A DNA stretch of 64,000 nt from Phaeosaccion multiseriatum (GCA_965112735.1 OZ218957.1:62001-126000), one strand, 5' to 3'. Numbered from the stretch's first letter, positions 13,058 to 26,182 are shown. Notes: a model not told the origin generated them from the sequence alone. Made by a program: numbers and translations.

Positions 13058-14514
13058 GCATCCTTCTCCTTCACTGCCCCATATGTCTGATGGTTCATAC
13101 CCTTGCTCCCTCCTCCTCCTCCTCCTCCTCCACCACCACACCACCCCCACCTACCCAACCGCACAGGCCCCGCCAGCGCTCTCTTCACTTACGTGCTGAG
13201 CTTCCTCTTCAAGAGCTCTACCAACGTCATCGCCATCATGCAGTTCCTGCACCTCATCCTCTCGCTTGTGTTGGGAGTGCTCGTGCTGGTCCTCTTTGTC
13301 ATCAACTCCACCAAGCCTGAGGCCAAGGTGTTGCGGTGGGTGTTTCGCATCTTCCCTCCTTACTGCTTGGCGGACGGGCTTTGCTTCTTGCTGAGGAGAG
13401 TCCTCATGGACAAAGGTGAGGGACTTGGGTGGGGGTGGGCTGGGTGGGAGGGAGGGAGTCAGTCAGTCAGTCAGTCAGTGAAAGAGTGAGTAAGTGGGTA
13501 TGGGTAGCACAATATATGCAGAGACGCGCACGGACAAGCAGCAGCCGCGGGTGGTCGGCTGGCGTGTTTCTTTGGACTGTTGTCCTCCACCGGTTCTCAC
13601 ACACACACATTCTGGCCCCTCCCTCTCTCTCTCTCCTTTGCACACGACTATGACAATCGAAATCCATCAATCAATCAATCTTCCTATCTATCAATGACAC
13701 ATTGGTTGGCAGATGACGGCATGGCCTATGACTGGACCGAGGGCATCGGCGGTGACCTTCTGTTCCTCGGCATCGACACGGTGCTCTACGGCGGACTGCT
13801 GTACGTGTGTGAGCAAGCCACGGTGGGCAGCAACGCCATCTCCAAGGCCTACGCCAATTGGAGGCTGCCCAAAACGCTTCAGCACGAGAGCGCCAAGCCC
13901 GATGGAGGGGTGTGGGACGAGGATCTCAAAGGTAAGGGAGTAGGAGTAAGACTGGGGTGGTATGGATGGGAGGGAAGGGAGGTGGGTGGGTGAGTGGGTG
14001 GGTGCGTGGGTGGGTGGACACAGAACTTGCTCCGCTCTCCTCCTTTACCTCTTCTGCCGTTTCGTGACGGGACTTTTGCTTGGCGGGACTTGCTCGCTCC
14101 TGCTGCGCAATGTTCTCCGCGGAAAATCCTCTGAGCTCGCGACTTCCCTCCAACCCTCTCCGCCTTCCAGTGCTTACGTCAGCCTCTCTTTCCCCCCCTC
14201 TCCCATCCACTGCCATATCCCCCTTCCCCCCCTCCAGTCCGCGCTATTGACGAGGACGTGCGACGCGAGGCGGCGCGAATCGAAGAAAGCGCCGCCGCCG
14301 GGGTGAGAGATGTGATCAGCATCGAGGGAATCAAGAAAGCCTTCCCGCTGGGGGCTGGCACATCTTCCAACAAGCTCAAGGGCCCCATGGGCAACGTCAA
14401 CTTCGCCGTGCGGGGTGTCGACTTTGGCATCAAGGAGGGGGAGTGCTTCGGCCTGGTGAGTGGGTGGAATGGACTGCAACAAGTCAAAGCAGTGAACGTG
14501 TCTATCTTTCTCTT

Positions 14515-14550
<36 letters not shown>

Positions 14551-16316
14551 TGTGCGTGTGGGCATCCTTCACACCCCATGCCACGGAAACTCTCACGAGC
14601 TTCTCCTCCCCCCCCTCCTACTTCCACCCCCCCATCTACCCTTACCCCTCTCTTCCCCCCTCGCTCCCTCCGCAGCTGGGCACCAACGGTGCGGGCAAGT
14701 CCACGCTGCTCAAGATGCTGTGCGGGGAGCTGCCGGCCACAGAGGGCAAGGCCTTCATCGACGGGCTCGACGTGAGCCTTCACCCCACCGTAGTGCACGA
14801 GAGGGTGGGGTATTGCCCGCAGGTAAGAGGGAGTGGAGCTGAGGGTGGAGGGAGTCCCTTTTCGATTGAGAGAACTCGGTACCGCACAAGCGAGGGATGG
14901 TGAAGCGCATGGAGTGACATATGACCGCATGTTACAAGTTGGTTGGGCGTTGTGTGCGCACTGTTGGGCTCCTGTGCTTGAGCCTTTCCCCTGACCTCCT
15001 CCTCCTCCTCCTCCTCCTCCTCCTCGTCCTCCCCTGTTTCTATCTTCAGTTCGACGCCCACTGGGGAGTCCTCACTGCCCGCCAGCACCTTGAGTTCTAC
15101 TCGCGCATCAAGGGCGTACCCGCGGGAGAGAGGGACGCCCTCATCGACTCGCTCGTCAACGACATGGGCCTCACGGTGCACCAGGACAAGGCGGCCGCGT
15201 CGCTATCGGGCGGCAACAGGCGGAAGCTCAGTCTGGCAATGGCGATTGTGGGCAACCCGCGGGTCATCTTCCTCGACGAGCCCAGCGCAGGTACATGGGA
15301 GAGACCTTTCTTTGTGCACATTTCGTTGAGCGAGTTCTCTGGTGTTTTTGTCTGCCCTTTCCCTCTGTATCTCTCTCACTCACTCACTCACTCACTCACT
15401 CACTCCCCCCCCCCCTCTCTATCACTCTCCTCTCTCTCCCTGACTCTCTCCCTGACTCTCCCTCTCTCCCTTCATATCAGGTGTGGACCCTCTCGCCCGG
15501 CGCTTCCTGTGGGATGTGCTGTCGGAAACCGCTGCAAAGCGCCGCCACTGCGCCATCGTGCTCACTACTCACAGCATGGAGGAATGCGAGGCCCTCTGCC
15601 AGCGACTTTGCATCATGGTGACTGGGCGCCTGAGATGCCTCGGGGCAGTGCAGCACATCAAGAGTCGCTTCGGCTCCAACTACCAACTGGACGTCACACT
15701 TGCCCTGCCCTCCGAGGAGGAGTGCCTCGTCGCACAGAGAGAGATCATGTCCTCCTCCCCTCAGACTCAGCAGAAGCAGCAGCAGCAGCAGGTGGTAGCA
15801 GTGAGCGAGGAGAAGGCGCCGGAGGAAGGGGCGGAAGCGGTGGCTGTCATCACGGCTCCGAACCCCGCCACTTTCCTGGGCTGGCCGGCGTTGGTGGACG
15901 TCCTCCAGCGTATCGAGCCGGCGTTTGTGCCCATGATGCAGCAGCAAAAGCCAGGGGGCGGCATGGTGCTGGCGGACGCGGCGGCTTGGCTGCACACGGA
16001 GAGGAAGAGCGCCGCCCTCATTCGCTTCGTGGCGGACAATTGCTCTGTGGCGTCTGGTGCAGGGGAGGGTGGGGAGGGGGAGAAGCATGAGCAGCTCTTG
16101 GAGAGAGTCGGCTCGCACCTCACCTTCAGCCTGCAGCAGGAGGGGACCGGGGGGGAGGGAGCGGGCAAGCAGATGCCGCTGGGGGCCATCTTCAGCACCA
16201 TTGAGAAGCAGCGAGAGGCACTTGGTATCCGGGACTACTCCCTCGCTCAGGCCACCTTGGAGCAGATCTTTAATCGTATCGCGGGCAGCGACGCCAAGGG
16301 GGAGAGCGGCGAGTAA
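7707..16316 (+). CDS. ABCA: ABC transporter subfamily A, full-length, multi-exon
   Basis: N-terminal RQLR|[12 protein letters not shown]; VEEKEMRIK; NBD1 [29 protein letters not shown]; [14 protein letters not shown]; TTMEEVF; NBD2 [39 protein letters not shown]; C-terminal QATLEQIF. Confidence 0.95.
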
Positions 16317-16710
16317 GGATGTATTCTGTGCTGGGGGGCCCAGACTGGCATTTTGTTGACTTGGTAATGGGGAGGGGGGTTCGAGAATGATACCGCATAG
16401 TGAATTTTGAATTAAGATTAGTTGGAGGTGAATGCATCGGATGAGGCAATCAGCAGTAGAGTTTTGTTGTCGGAGTGAAGTGTTTGCTTCATGGCCATAG
16501 TAGGGGGTTTTGTTCTGGCGGAGTGAATTTTATTATACATTATCATGTTCCTTCCTCAGAGTCTCCGTCCTCATGCCTTCATACCCCATCCCACCAGCAG
16601 CCCACCTTTTGGGCGCCTGCTTCTATGCCCCCCCCCTGGAGCTCTGGTCGACCCCTGAAGTGCTACCGACGTATTCTCGGTAGCACAGACCAAGCGACCC
16701 AGCACAAACA

Positions 16711-16928
16711 ACTGTTTTAGCGAGTTTGAACATGCGCATCGTGTTGCCTTCGTCGAGACAAGTGCAGGCGTAGAGGCCTAACAATCTGAAACTCCTGTTC
16801 CTTACGTAAGGGCCAGACCCATATACATACATAGTTCAGAGCACCCTCTCCCACCTCCCTCCTAAAGCGCCTCTATCGCCGAGTTGAGCAGTTCTGGTTA
16901 CGCGTCCCGGGTAGGGGTGGGCAAGGGG
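16711..16928. repeat. Composite dispersed repeat: 16711-16755 matches 27971-28015; 16773-16928 matches 53170-53310
   Basis: Shared strings tttagcgagtttgaacatgcgcatcgtgttgcc, ctgaaactcctgttccttacgtaaggg and gcctctatcgccgagttgagcagtt...gtaggggtggg. Confidence 0.85.
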
Positions 16929-17250
16929 TTTCCTCCCTCGTCATTGTTAGCTAGCGCCAGGGGCGCACCAAAAAAAAGTTTTTTTCTCTCAGACGTGAGT
17001 GAACTCTCTTAGCACGCCGAGCAGATAACACGCCCTGACGCTGGGGCCGTCGGGGGGGGGATGGCAGGCCGTTCGTTCGGTAGGAGGTCAAGGCGGTAGC
17101 AGGACAATAAATAGAATCACAGGGGTCAATGTGACGCACCTACCGTGCGTTCCGAAATTCCCAAATTTGGAAATCGGATGACATTTTTTTTTTACGGTAA
17201 GCAGTCACATACACTACACTACAATAATAAACAAGAGTCTCCGCCGGAAG

Positions 17251-18234
17251 ATGGGATGCCACATTAGCAGGGCCATCAGTAGCAGCAGGGGGACTGAAGA
17301 GAGGTGCATCCATGCCCCCACGTTCTTTGAGGCCTGCGACAAGGCATTGGCGCAGGGTCTGGTGCTCAGCAGAGTCATGAGCTTTGCTGGTGAAGGGCAT
17401 GACGCCTTCATAGCAACGGTGGGCAAGGATTGGAAGAACCACTACAGACGTGCATATTCCACCAAGAGGACGTCTGAGAGGAGCGTGTTGGAGTCTGCCG
17501 AGCGCGTGCATTGGGCGAAGCGTTTCGGGTGTAAGTTGACTGTGAAGACCTTCGAGACGGCTGCCAAGCATGGGGACGTCGCAGTCTGCAAGGCGCTCCA
17601 TGCCGAGGGCTGTCCTTGGGATGAAAGCGTGTGTAAGGCAACTATACAAAATGAGCAGCATGGTCTGCGCGTTCTCCAATGGCTGCGATCCAGAGATCTT
17701 CCTGGCAACAAGAAGGAGAGGTGTCCATGGGATGAGAGAACTTGCGGATGGGCTGGAGAGAGTGGGAATTTCGATATGCTCGATTGGCTCCTCTCGGAGG
17801 AAGGAAATGCTCCATTTACCAGTCTGAGTTGGAACATAACTTGCAGGGGTAGTCAGATTCCCGCCGTGGAGTACCTGCTCAATCACCCTCGCGCGAGAGC
17901 TGTGCTGGAGGAGAATGCAGACGGAAATTGGCGCTTTGGGGCTGCTCTTGCTGCTAGAAAAGGTCGCCTTGGGGTGCTCCAGTTCCTCCACGCCAATGCC
18001 CGCCACCTCTGTGACTGGGATTGGTGGGTCTGTCAGAATGCCGTTATTGAGGCCAAGAGCCTGGCAATACTCAAGTGGCTCCGGTCAGAGGCAGTGCAGT
18101 GTGAGTGGGACGAAATGTCGTGCCCACAGGTCATAAGAGAGGGAGCATTTGAATGGGAAATTGACGAGGACACGTTTGAGGAGATGAAGCAATGGGTGCA
18201 TGCCAATGGTCACCCCTGCTACTGCGAGGACTGA
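17251..18234 (+). CDS. Intronless divergent ankyrin-like repeat protein (GCPWDE family) with F-box-like N-terminal segment
   Basis: 327-aa ORF with AAKHGDVAVCKALHAEGCPWDE, RCPWDERTCGWAGESGNFDMLDWL, AARKGRLGVLQFLH, LKWLR...CEWDE. Confidence 0.85.
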   Translation: MGCHISRAISSSRGTEERCIHAPTFFEACDKALAQGLVLSRVMSFAGEGHDAFIATVGKDWKNHYRRAYSTKRTSERSVLESAERVHWAKRFGCKLTVKTFETAAKHGDVAVCKALHAEGCPWDESVCKATIQNEQHGLRVLQWLRSRDLPGNKKERCPWDERTCGWAGESGNFDMLDWLLSEEGNAPFTSLSWNITCRGSQIPAVEYLLNHPRARAVLEENADGNWRFGAALAARKGRLGVLQFLHANARHLCDWDWWVCQNAVIEAKSLAILKWLRSEAVQCEWDEMSCPQVIREGAFEWEIDEDTFEEMKQWVHANGHPCYCED

Positions 18235-18790
18235 GGAGTTGTTGGTGGTGTGTCTTCTCTCTCTGTCCCAACTGGGCCGCCGGGGTGTGTACTTGCTTAG
18301 GGCAGGGCCTAGCTACAGGCGCGAAGGGTTGTCAGGCGTAGCTGGAGTCCGCAATGTACGATAAGCAGGACGGGGGGGGAGAGAGGGGGGGAGAGGATCG
18401 GGCGTCTACCCCTGATCGGGGCACTGATCGGGGCCCTCATCTTCTTCCGATGTGTAACACTGATTGCTTGGGGCAGGGCTTGGCTCCCGTCTGACGCTCA
18501 TGGAATCCCTCGCTTTGTGCTGAGAGAGAGAGAGAGACAGAGAGGGAGAGTTGGAGAGAGAGGGCAGTCGGAAACAGCCCCGCCTCATCCCAGCCAAGGC
18601 AGTTGCGGGGCCAGGGGTGGTGTGGCGGGCACAAGCAAGTGTTGCAATCATGTAGTAAATGTTTGTGTGCTTGTTGAATGTGTCAGTTGAGAAGCTGTGC
18701 GAGGAGCTTTCGCGTTGCATGTAGCGGGACAGCACAGGAGCGAAGTCAACGCAGCAGAGAGTGGCTTCGGGCGGGTCGAAAATGGCGCTG

Positions 18791-19050
18791 TGTTCTTGCT
18801 TGATAGCAAACCGCTGCAGCAACAGTTGAGGACGGGTACTAGAGTAATGGAGATGGGAGGAGTGATTGAATGAATGCAGATGCTCGACTTGACTCTCCCC
18901 CGCAGGTTGAGACACTACGGCTCAGTCCACTTTCGCTTCATGATTCTAGACGCACCACTCGTTGCCTTCGACCTGGGGGAAGGTCGACTGTTGTGCTTCC
19001 TCTTGCCAACAAACAGCCTCTGCCTCCTCGGCAGACGCACACACGCCCAC
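18791..19050. repeat. 260-bp block, direct repeat of 29841-30109
   Basis: Near identical: 4 substitutions and 2 short indels by eye. Confidence 0.95.
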
Positions 19051-19397
19051 TCCTTCTCTGCTGCACACCCAACCAAGCCGGCCTAATGAGTAGGCCTGAC
19101 AGTGAGGCTGTCATGGAGGCGCAGTGGCCAGGCACAGGGCATGGTGATGGGGCAGAAGGGGGGGGGGGTGGAGGCCCATCGAACAGAGCACTCACAGACT
19201 TTGCGGGCCATAGCACATTGGTAATGGGTGTATTCATTGTGTATCGTATCGGGCTGCAAGTATTGAGTCAGTCACATCAATGCTCTCCCCCCCTTCGCCC
19301 CCTGCCTCAGAGACTGACTCCGCCCTCCTCCGTCGGCCGTGGGCACCAGCTCCAACAAGCTCTCCTGTAGATAGAGGTCGTTCACAGGGCCAACCCA

Positions 19398-19992
19398 TCA
19401 GTCCACCATCGCCATCTCCATCCTTTTCCGTAGACTCCGGCCCCTGTGATTAAAGGCGTGGTATCCCGCTCTGCTGGGCTCGCTGGACCCTCCCAAGGCC
19501 TCCGCTGCCCGGATGGGGCGTAGGCTGCCGGAGCTCGTCACTGTCCCGACTAAGCACATCCCAAAGCCTATCACGAGCTCCAGCAAGGCGTCCAGGGGAG
19601 GGTGGTTGCCTGCAGGACATTCTCATCCGTTTGTGTGTGTGTGTGTTCGACAAAGGGAGGGAAGAGATGGAGGCCATTAGCAGTAGCGAAGGGCGAGGGG
19701 GAGGGTGAGGGTGAGGAGCAACACAAAACCACAACCTCCACCCATGGGACCAAATGCATATCTAGAGAGGGGGACGTGAAATGAATGCTTTGCGTCGCTG
19801 GCGGCCCTGCCCCGCTCCAAAGGGGTGCGTGTTGTTACACGGCGGCGTTGCTTTTTGTTTGTCATTACCTGAGGGCGCTCCGATCTCTTCTGGTAGCCCC
19901 ACTACAAATTGCCGAAAGTGAGCCGTGCTGTACGCCGCGTGGATCATCACCATGAGCCCCAGCACCACCAGCACTGCACTCGGCTGCACCAT
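19398..19992 (-). CDS. EMC5: ER membrane protein complex subunit 5 / membrane magnesium transporter (2 exons: 19992-19869, 19609-19398)
   Basis: GLMVMIHAAYS..HFR; PPLDALLELVIG; YHAFNHRG are MMgT/EMC5 motifs. Confidence 0.88.
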
Positions 19993-20563
19993 GCTGGTCA
20001 AGTAAGTGCTGTTCCAAACCGCCTACCCTGCCGCAGCGAGCAGCTCGACCCTGCAGCAGCAGCCTGCCCGCTACGCCGCAAATCTCGGTGGCAGAAGTCC
20101 CTATCCCTGCGTCAGCGCCTCCTCTTTGGAGCCCTCTCTGCTACCTCTGCTACTCGTGGTGAGACTGCGAACTCAGTCTCCTCCTTCTCTTCTTCCACAC
20201 CACACCGCCACCGTTGCTGTCTTTCTGGACAACACTCCTCTCTTGGATGAAGTGTGAGGAGGAGGAGAGCAGAAGAGCTACAGCGAGGGAGTGAGAGGGA
20301 GTCGAGGAAAAAAAAAAAAAGGTTAATCGATCCAGTTTCAGTGCTAGTTTGATGAAATTTATCGACTTGCTGGAGACCCACCACCCATTTTTTTTCCCCT
20401 TCTCATCCAAGTCTCACAGTGTATTGGTAAATCGACGCCTCCTGCTCCTGCTGGTGCTCCTCTGCTGCTCTGCTGGCCGCCTACACGGCAAGTAGTAGCT
20501 GCGGGGGCCCGCTGAGCCAGCCACTCTGTTCGCCGCGCACTGTGGAGGAGAGGAGAGGAGAGG

Positions 20564-23500
20564 ATGACGTCCAAGGAGAAGGGAACGTCCAAGGAGAAAG
20601 AGCAGCAGCAGTCGATGACGGTGGCAATCGGGGTGGACCTAGGGAGCACGCACTGCAATATTGGCATCTGGCATCAGGGGCGGCCGGAGATTCTGGCCAA
20701 CCATCACGGGCAGCGCTCCACTCCCACGGTAGTGGCCTTCACAGACTCCGAGCGAATAGTGGGCGAGGCGGCTGTGGCGCAGCAGGCTAAGAACAGAGAA
20801 AACACTGTGGAGGGCTTCAAGTGGATGGTCGGGCTGAGCGGTCGCGACGAGGCGGAGGTGGAGCCCCACGTCCTCGCCATGCTAAGTGAGTGCGTTGCCG
20901 CTTCGTCAGGAGTTTATTGATGGCTGCTGCTGTTCACTGTGAAATGTCCCCCCATCCACTGCCTCGCTCCGAGAAATGTGTCCATCGTCTTGGTGGTAGC
21001 GTGGACCTGTGTGTGCCGTCTGCCCTCTGCTCTCGTCGATGCTTTTTTCCCCCGTCTCCCTCCTCTGGAAGGCGCCCCATTGCGCACGATGTATACATTG
21101 CCGAGACTAGCTGCTGACCCTCGCTTTCTTTGAGCACTGAAGCTATTGACTGAACTCGGACACTGACGGACCCGCATATTTCCCTCCCTTTAGCAACCCT
21201 TGCATCACCTTGACTGACGCCTTGCTGCTCTGTGTACTTGCAGAGGAAGCGCCTTTCACAGTCTCTGTGGACAGCCGCGGGGGGGCGAGGGTGACTGTAC
21301 AGCACATGGGGGGGAGCAAGACGTACTCCCCGGAGCAGCTGTGCAGCTTTCTGTTCGAGCACCTGAAGGAGATTGCCGAGGCGTTTGGGGGGGCCAAGGT
21401 GGGAAAATGTGTCTTATCGGTCCCAGCAAAGTTCGACAAGTCTCAGCGGGAAGAGCTGCAGAGGGCAGGCAAGGCGGCGGGAATGCCCTTTTCGGTCGTG
21501 CTCAGCGACCCAATCACCACGGTGAGTGCGTGCCACCACAGTGCCGTGTTGTCCCCACGTTGTATAAAGGGAGGGGGTGGGGTGGTGCGGTAGAATCAGG
21601 GAGGGGAATTGCTGCGTCTCAAGCTCAGTCAGTCTGTCAGTCTGTCTGTCTGTCAGTCTGTCAGTCTGTCTGTCAGTCTGTCTGTCTATCTATCTGTCTG
21701 TCTGTCTGTCTATGTTTCTGTCTTTGCCTGCAGTATTCATGCACGAAATTACGTCGTTTCTCCTGCGGCCCCGCACAATGAAACTTATGAACTGAACTGA
21801 GGATCGAATTGACAAACACAATGGAACTGATGAGCTGAGAACTGAGGAGGGGATCGAATTGACCACCCGGGGGGGGGCCAAAGGCACCGCTCGCTTTGTC
21901 TCACTTTGTCTCACTTCGTCTCACTTGTCCCACTTTGTCTCATTTGGTCTCACTTGGTCTCACTTGTCTCGTTCGTCTGTCTCGTCTTTCTCTCTCGCAG
22001 TGCATCGCCTACGGCCTAGATAGACTGGACGAGGAGACGGCGGGTAGCAGCCGTGCGGCGAACGGAGAGGCCGCCTCTGACGACGTGCCGGACACTGTCC
22101 GGGACATCGCCGTGGTGGACTGGGGAGGGTAAGTCAGTGGGGCAGTCGGGGGGGGGTTGGCAGGCAGGGAGGCAGGGAGGGAGAATGGATGGAGGGTGAT
22201 GGATGGGTGGAGGGATGGAGGGGCGAAGGAGGGAGGGATGTAGCTTTGGTTTCATGAATAGAGGTCGATCCGTGAAGCGAGGTGGGGAGGGGACCCGTGG
22301 GGGGGGGGGTTGGGGGGACGGCGGAGGATCCACTGACCCAACTCGGGTTATTTGGGGTACCTCAACACCCACTTTCTCTCTCTCTCTCGCTCGTTCGCAT
22401 TTTGTTCACATTTGGAGACGCATGAAACGGGGGTTGAGGCGACCTTCTGCTGCCTCGTGGCCTGTCTCTATGCCTGGTATTCGTGGGCTTCATCGACTTT
22501 TGATTCTCGATTTTATTCGTGACTACATCGACTTGATTCTCGATTGTTGACTCCTCTCTCACTCCTACATTCGTACGTTCTTTTCCACCGCACACAAACA
22601 CAAACACAAACACACACAACAGAGGAGGGATTGAGGCGACGATAGTGGCGCGGAGTAGCGGTGTTCTGTCCATCAGCGACAGCCAAGCCAACTACGCTCT
22701 GGGGGGGGGGCTATTCACACAGAAGCTCATGCAGTTCTGCGCGAAGGATTTCAAAAGGAAGGTGGGCAGAGATGAGCGATGGTGTATTGACTTAACTCAC
22801 TTTGTGTGTGTGTGTACTGGTTTGTATATGTGTGTAAAGGTGGGCAGCGAAAACCTACTCACTTCCGACGAGTCAAATTAAGCGTATGTGTTGTGTTGTG
22901 TGTGTTGTGTGTGTGTGTGTAAAGGTGGGCGCCGATGTGTTCGACAGCAAGAAGGCTGTCATCAAGCTAAGGGCGGCGTGCGAAGAGGCGGTCAAGACCC
23001 TCACCGTCTCGCCACAGGTGAGTGAGCGAAGCGACTTGAGGAGAGAGGAGAGAGGAGAGGGATGAGAGGCTTCTTGTTGGGTTTGTGCCGCCTGTTTCCT
23101 TGGTCAAGTCCTTTCTTCTCTGTGTGCTGCCTGTTTCCTTGGTCAAGTCCTTTCTTCTCTGTGTGCTGCCTGTTTCCTTGGTCAAGTCCTTTCTTCTCTG
23201 TGTGCTGCCTGTTTCCTTGGTCAAGTCCTTTCTTCTCTGTGTGCTGCCTATTTCCTTGGTCAAGTCCTTTCTTCTCTGTGTGCTGCCCATTTCTTTGGTC
23301 AACCCTTTTTTCTCTTGTGCAACCTATTCCTTTGGTCAAGTCCTTTCTTCTCTGTGTGCTGCCTATTTCTTTGGTCAAGTCCTTTCTTCTCTGTGTGCTG
23401 CCTATTTCTTTGGTCAAGTCCTTTCTTCTCTGTGTGCTGCCTATTCCTTTGGTCAAGTCCTTTCTTCTCTGTGTGCTGCCTATTTCTTTGGTCAACCCTT

Positions 23501-25840
23501 TTTTCTCTTGTGCAACCTATTCCTTTGGTCAAGTCCTTTCTTCTCTGTGTGCTGCCTATTTCTTTGGTCAAGTCCTTTCTTCTCTGTGTGCTGCCTATTT
23601 CTTTGGTGAAGTCCTTTCTTCTCTGTGTGCTGCCTATTTCTTTGGTCAAGTCCTTTCTTCTCTGTGTGCTGCCTATTTCTTTGGTCAAGTCCTTCTCTGT
23701 GTGCTGCCTACTTCTTAAGTCCTTTCTTCTTTGGCTCAGTCCTTTCTTTTCTGCATTGAGAGGTGCTAGTGCCTGTGTATGTGTATGTGTATATGGGTGT
23801 GTGTACACATGAACTCTGTCCATTGGCGTCCCCTTCCGCCTGGAGAGGTAGTGGCAAGGTATTGTCCCTCCCTCCCCTCACATACGCCATGCATCATGTA
23901 TGCGCCCGCGTCTGTATTTCTCTCTCTCCCTCTCTTTCTGATTACAAATGACAAATGACAGGCGGACGTGTATGTAGAGGCACTAATGGAGGGATGCGAT
24001 TTGCGAGTGCGCATTTCGCGAATGCGGTTTGAGGTGAGTTACGAGAGGGAAAAGAGGGGGAGGAGGAGGAGAAATAAGAGGGGGGGGTAGTGGGGAGGGA
24101 GGGAGGGAAAGGAAAGGGAGGTGCAAGTGTCGGCATGACACAGACACCTGACCCCCCCTTGATCGAGGGGCATGATCTGCTTCTCGCTTGCCCGTCAGAC
24201 TTGCTCACCTCTTGTCACTCTCCCTCCCTCCCATCCTTTTCAATCCCCCACCCCCCCCGAACAGGATTTATGTAACGACATTTATGAAGGCGCGAAGGCC
24301 ACTATTAAGCAGGCGCTGGCGTCGTTGGAAAGACCCGTGGGAATAGTGCTCATGGCAGGGGGCATCGCGCAGATGCCCAAGGTGCAGACGGTTATTAAGA
24401 GCTGCTTCCCCGCTGACACCCCTGTAGGAAAGGTGAGCACTTGGTGGTACAGCAGCAGCAGCAGCAGGAGGAGGAAAGGAGGAGGAGGAAGAAGAGGAGG
24501 AGGAGGAAGAAGAGGAGGAGGAGGAAGAAGAGGAGGAGGAAGAAGAAGAGGAGGAGGAAGAGGGCGGCGGCGGCTGGGAGAGAATGAAGGCCCTTTTCTT
24601 TCTTTCGCTGCCTCTGTATTCCCTTCTCTCGGTCATTTGCACCCGCGCTCAATTCACCCCCCCTCTCTTATGTTTCTCTCTCCCTCTGTCCGACCTCTCT
24701 CTCTTTCCGTCTCTCTCTCTTTTCTCGTGCTCGGGCTCTGCCATGGCCGCACACACACAGGGATTGTTCCCCGACGAGGCGGTTGTGATTGGAGCGACAG
24801 TGCAAGCCTCTCTGATCCAGGACATGTCCGGAGCTCTGCCCGCAGACCTGCCCACCACCATCCCAACTTGTCCCGTGCATCTTGCAGTCGTGCCCTGCCC
24901 CCTTGATGGGTCGGCAGAGGCAGCAACAGCAGCAGCAGGTGGTGATACGGAAGGGGCGGAGGAGCGACATGCAATTGTCATTCCGGCGGGGTCGCTTGTG
25001 CCTGCTCAAAAGCACATAACATTACAGGTGGGTGTGGGTGCGTGCATGGGGTCACGGCTGGGGCTTGTTTGGAAAGGCGTGCACGCACATGCACATACAC
25101 ACACAAACACACAACACACACACACAAATACACACACATTCACACGCAGGCAGGCACCCAGACAGAGAGAGCACCCACACACACGCACACACACACACGA
25201 CGAACCCGCGCACACACATACACGCACACATGCAACACATACGCGCCAACACACAAAGACACACATGCGCGCACACACACACACAACTTCTGCCATCTCT
25301 CTTGCTCTTGCTGGCATACGCTGATGCACCAGCGGCACTGGGTTGGGTGATGCCTCCCTCCCCCACCAGGGGGGTGCGGTTCGGAGACGGCAGGCGCTCT
25401 TCGGATCGCGTTTCCTCCCCCCGTCTCTCTCTCTCTCTCTGCACGGACACACACCAGAACAAAAAACGCTGACTTATGTGTCCTCCACCCACTCCCCTCG
25501 GTGTCCTCCTTCCCTCTTTCTTTGCTCCTCCTCCCCACCCATGCACTACCCACTACCACCGAGCGCAGCTCGAGGCGGAGCCCGGTAGGAAGGCACTGAA
25601 GCTGCAAGTCCTGCAAGTGGAGGCAACGAAGAAGACCAACGGCAGCAGCAACGGCGACGCCACTGGCAATGGCTCGGCACAAAAAGGGGGCGTCACTGTG
25701 CTCGGCACACTCCTTCTCGACCCCGTCCCCGAGGGGGCCATGGAGGTGGAGGTGGGCTTTAGCCTACGGTCCGAGGGGGTGCTCAAGGTGGAGGCCATGG
25801 AGCTCACCACAAAGGCAGTGCAGACCCTCGTCATTAAGTG
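20564..25840 (+). CDS. Atypical Hsp70 (HSPA14/Ssz1-like), about 9 exons
   Basis: IGVDLGSTHC, ILANHHGQRSTPTVVAFTDSERIVGEAA, CVLSVPAKF, KLRAACEEAVKTL, ISRMRFE, PDEAVVIGATVQA. Ends after an SBD-beta-like part (KAVQTLVIK*), with no lid and no EEVD. Confidence 0.88.
23085..23735. repeat. Intronic 39-bp minisatellite, about 16-17 copies
   Basis: Unit gcctRtttcYttggtcaagtcctttcttctctgtgtgct; produces the spurious KDLTKEIGSTQRR repeat ORFs. Confidence 0.97.
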
Positions 25841-26182
25841 AGGAGGGCAGAGGTGGAGGGGTGGGTGGGTGGGGGGTGCGGCTTGTGGAAGAGAGCACAG
25901 TAAATAGCAACACAAGAGTTTTGATTTTTTTTCTGATGAATCTTGTTGGTGTTTGCCGTGGGTGCGTGTGTGAGCAGCAGCGCCCCTCTTTCCCGCCACG
26001 AGGGCGTGTATCCTCTCGGCAAGATGAGTCTCCTCTGGCAAGACTTCTCCCTCTTTGGAGTGGGCAGTGAGTGAGTGTGTTTGTCCTCTTGTCCAGTCCA
26101 TCGCCCATGCAGCGCTGTCACCCTCCTGCCATTCCTTCGGGCCCCTCCATCCACACAAGAAGCATCTCTCGCCTGGCCTAAT

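Noticed and set aside
18760-18945. Minus-strand YPSSTVAAAVCYQAR as a cyclin fragment
   Set aside because: Too short, stop codon shortly after the nearby ATG in both copies, no supporting exons.
22967-23823. Repetitive ORFs (KDLTKEIGSTQRR)n
   Set aside because: Translations of an intronic 39-bp minisatellite.
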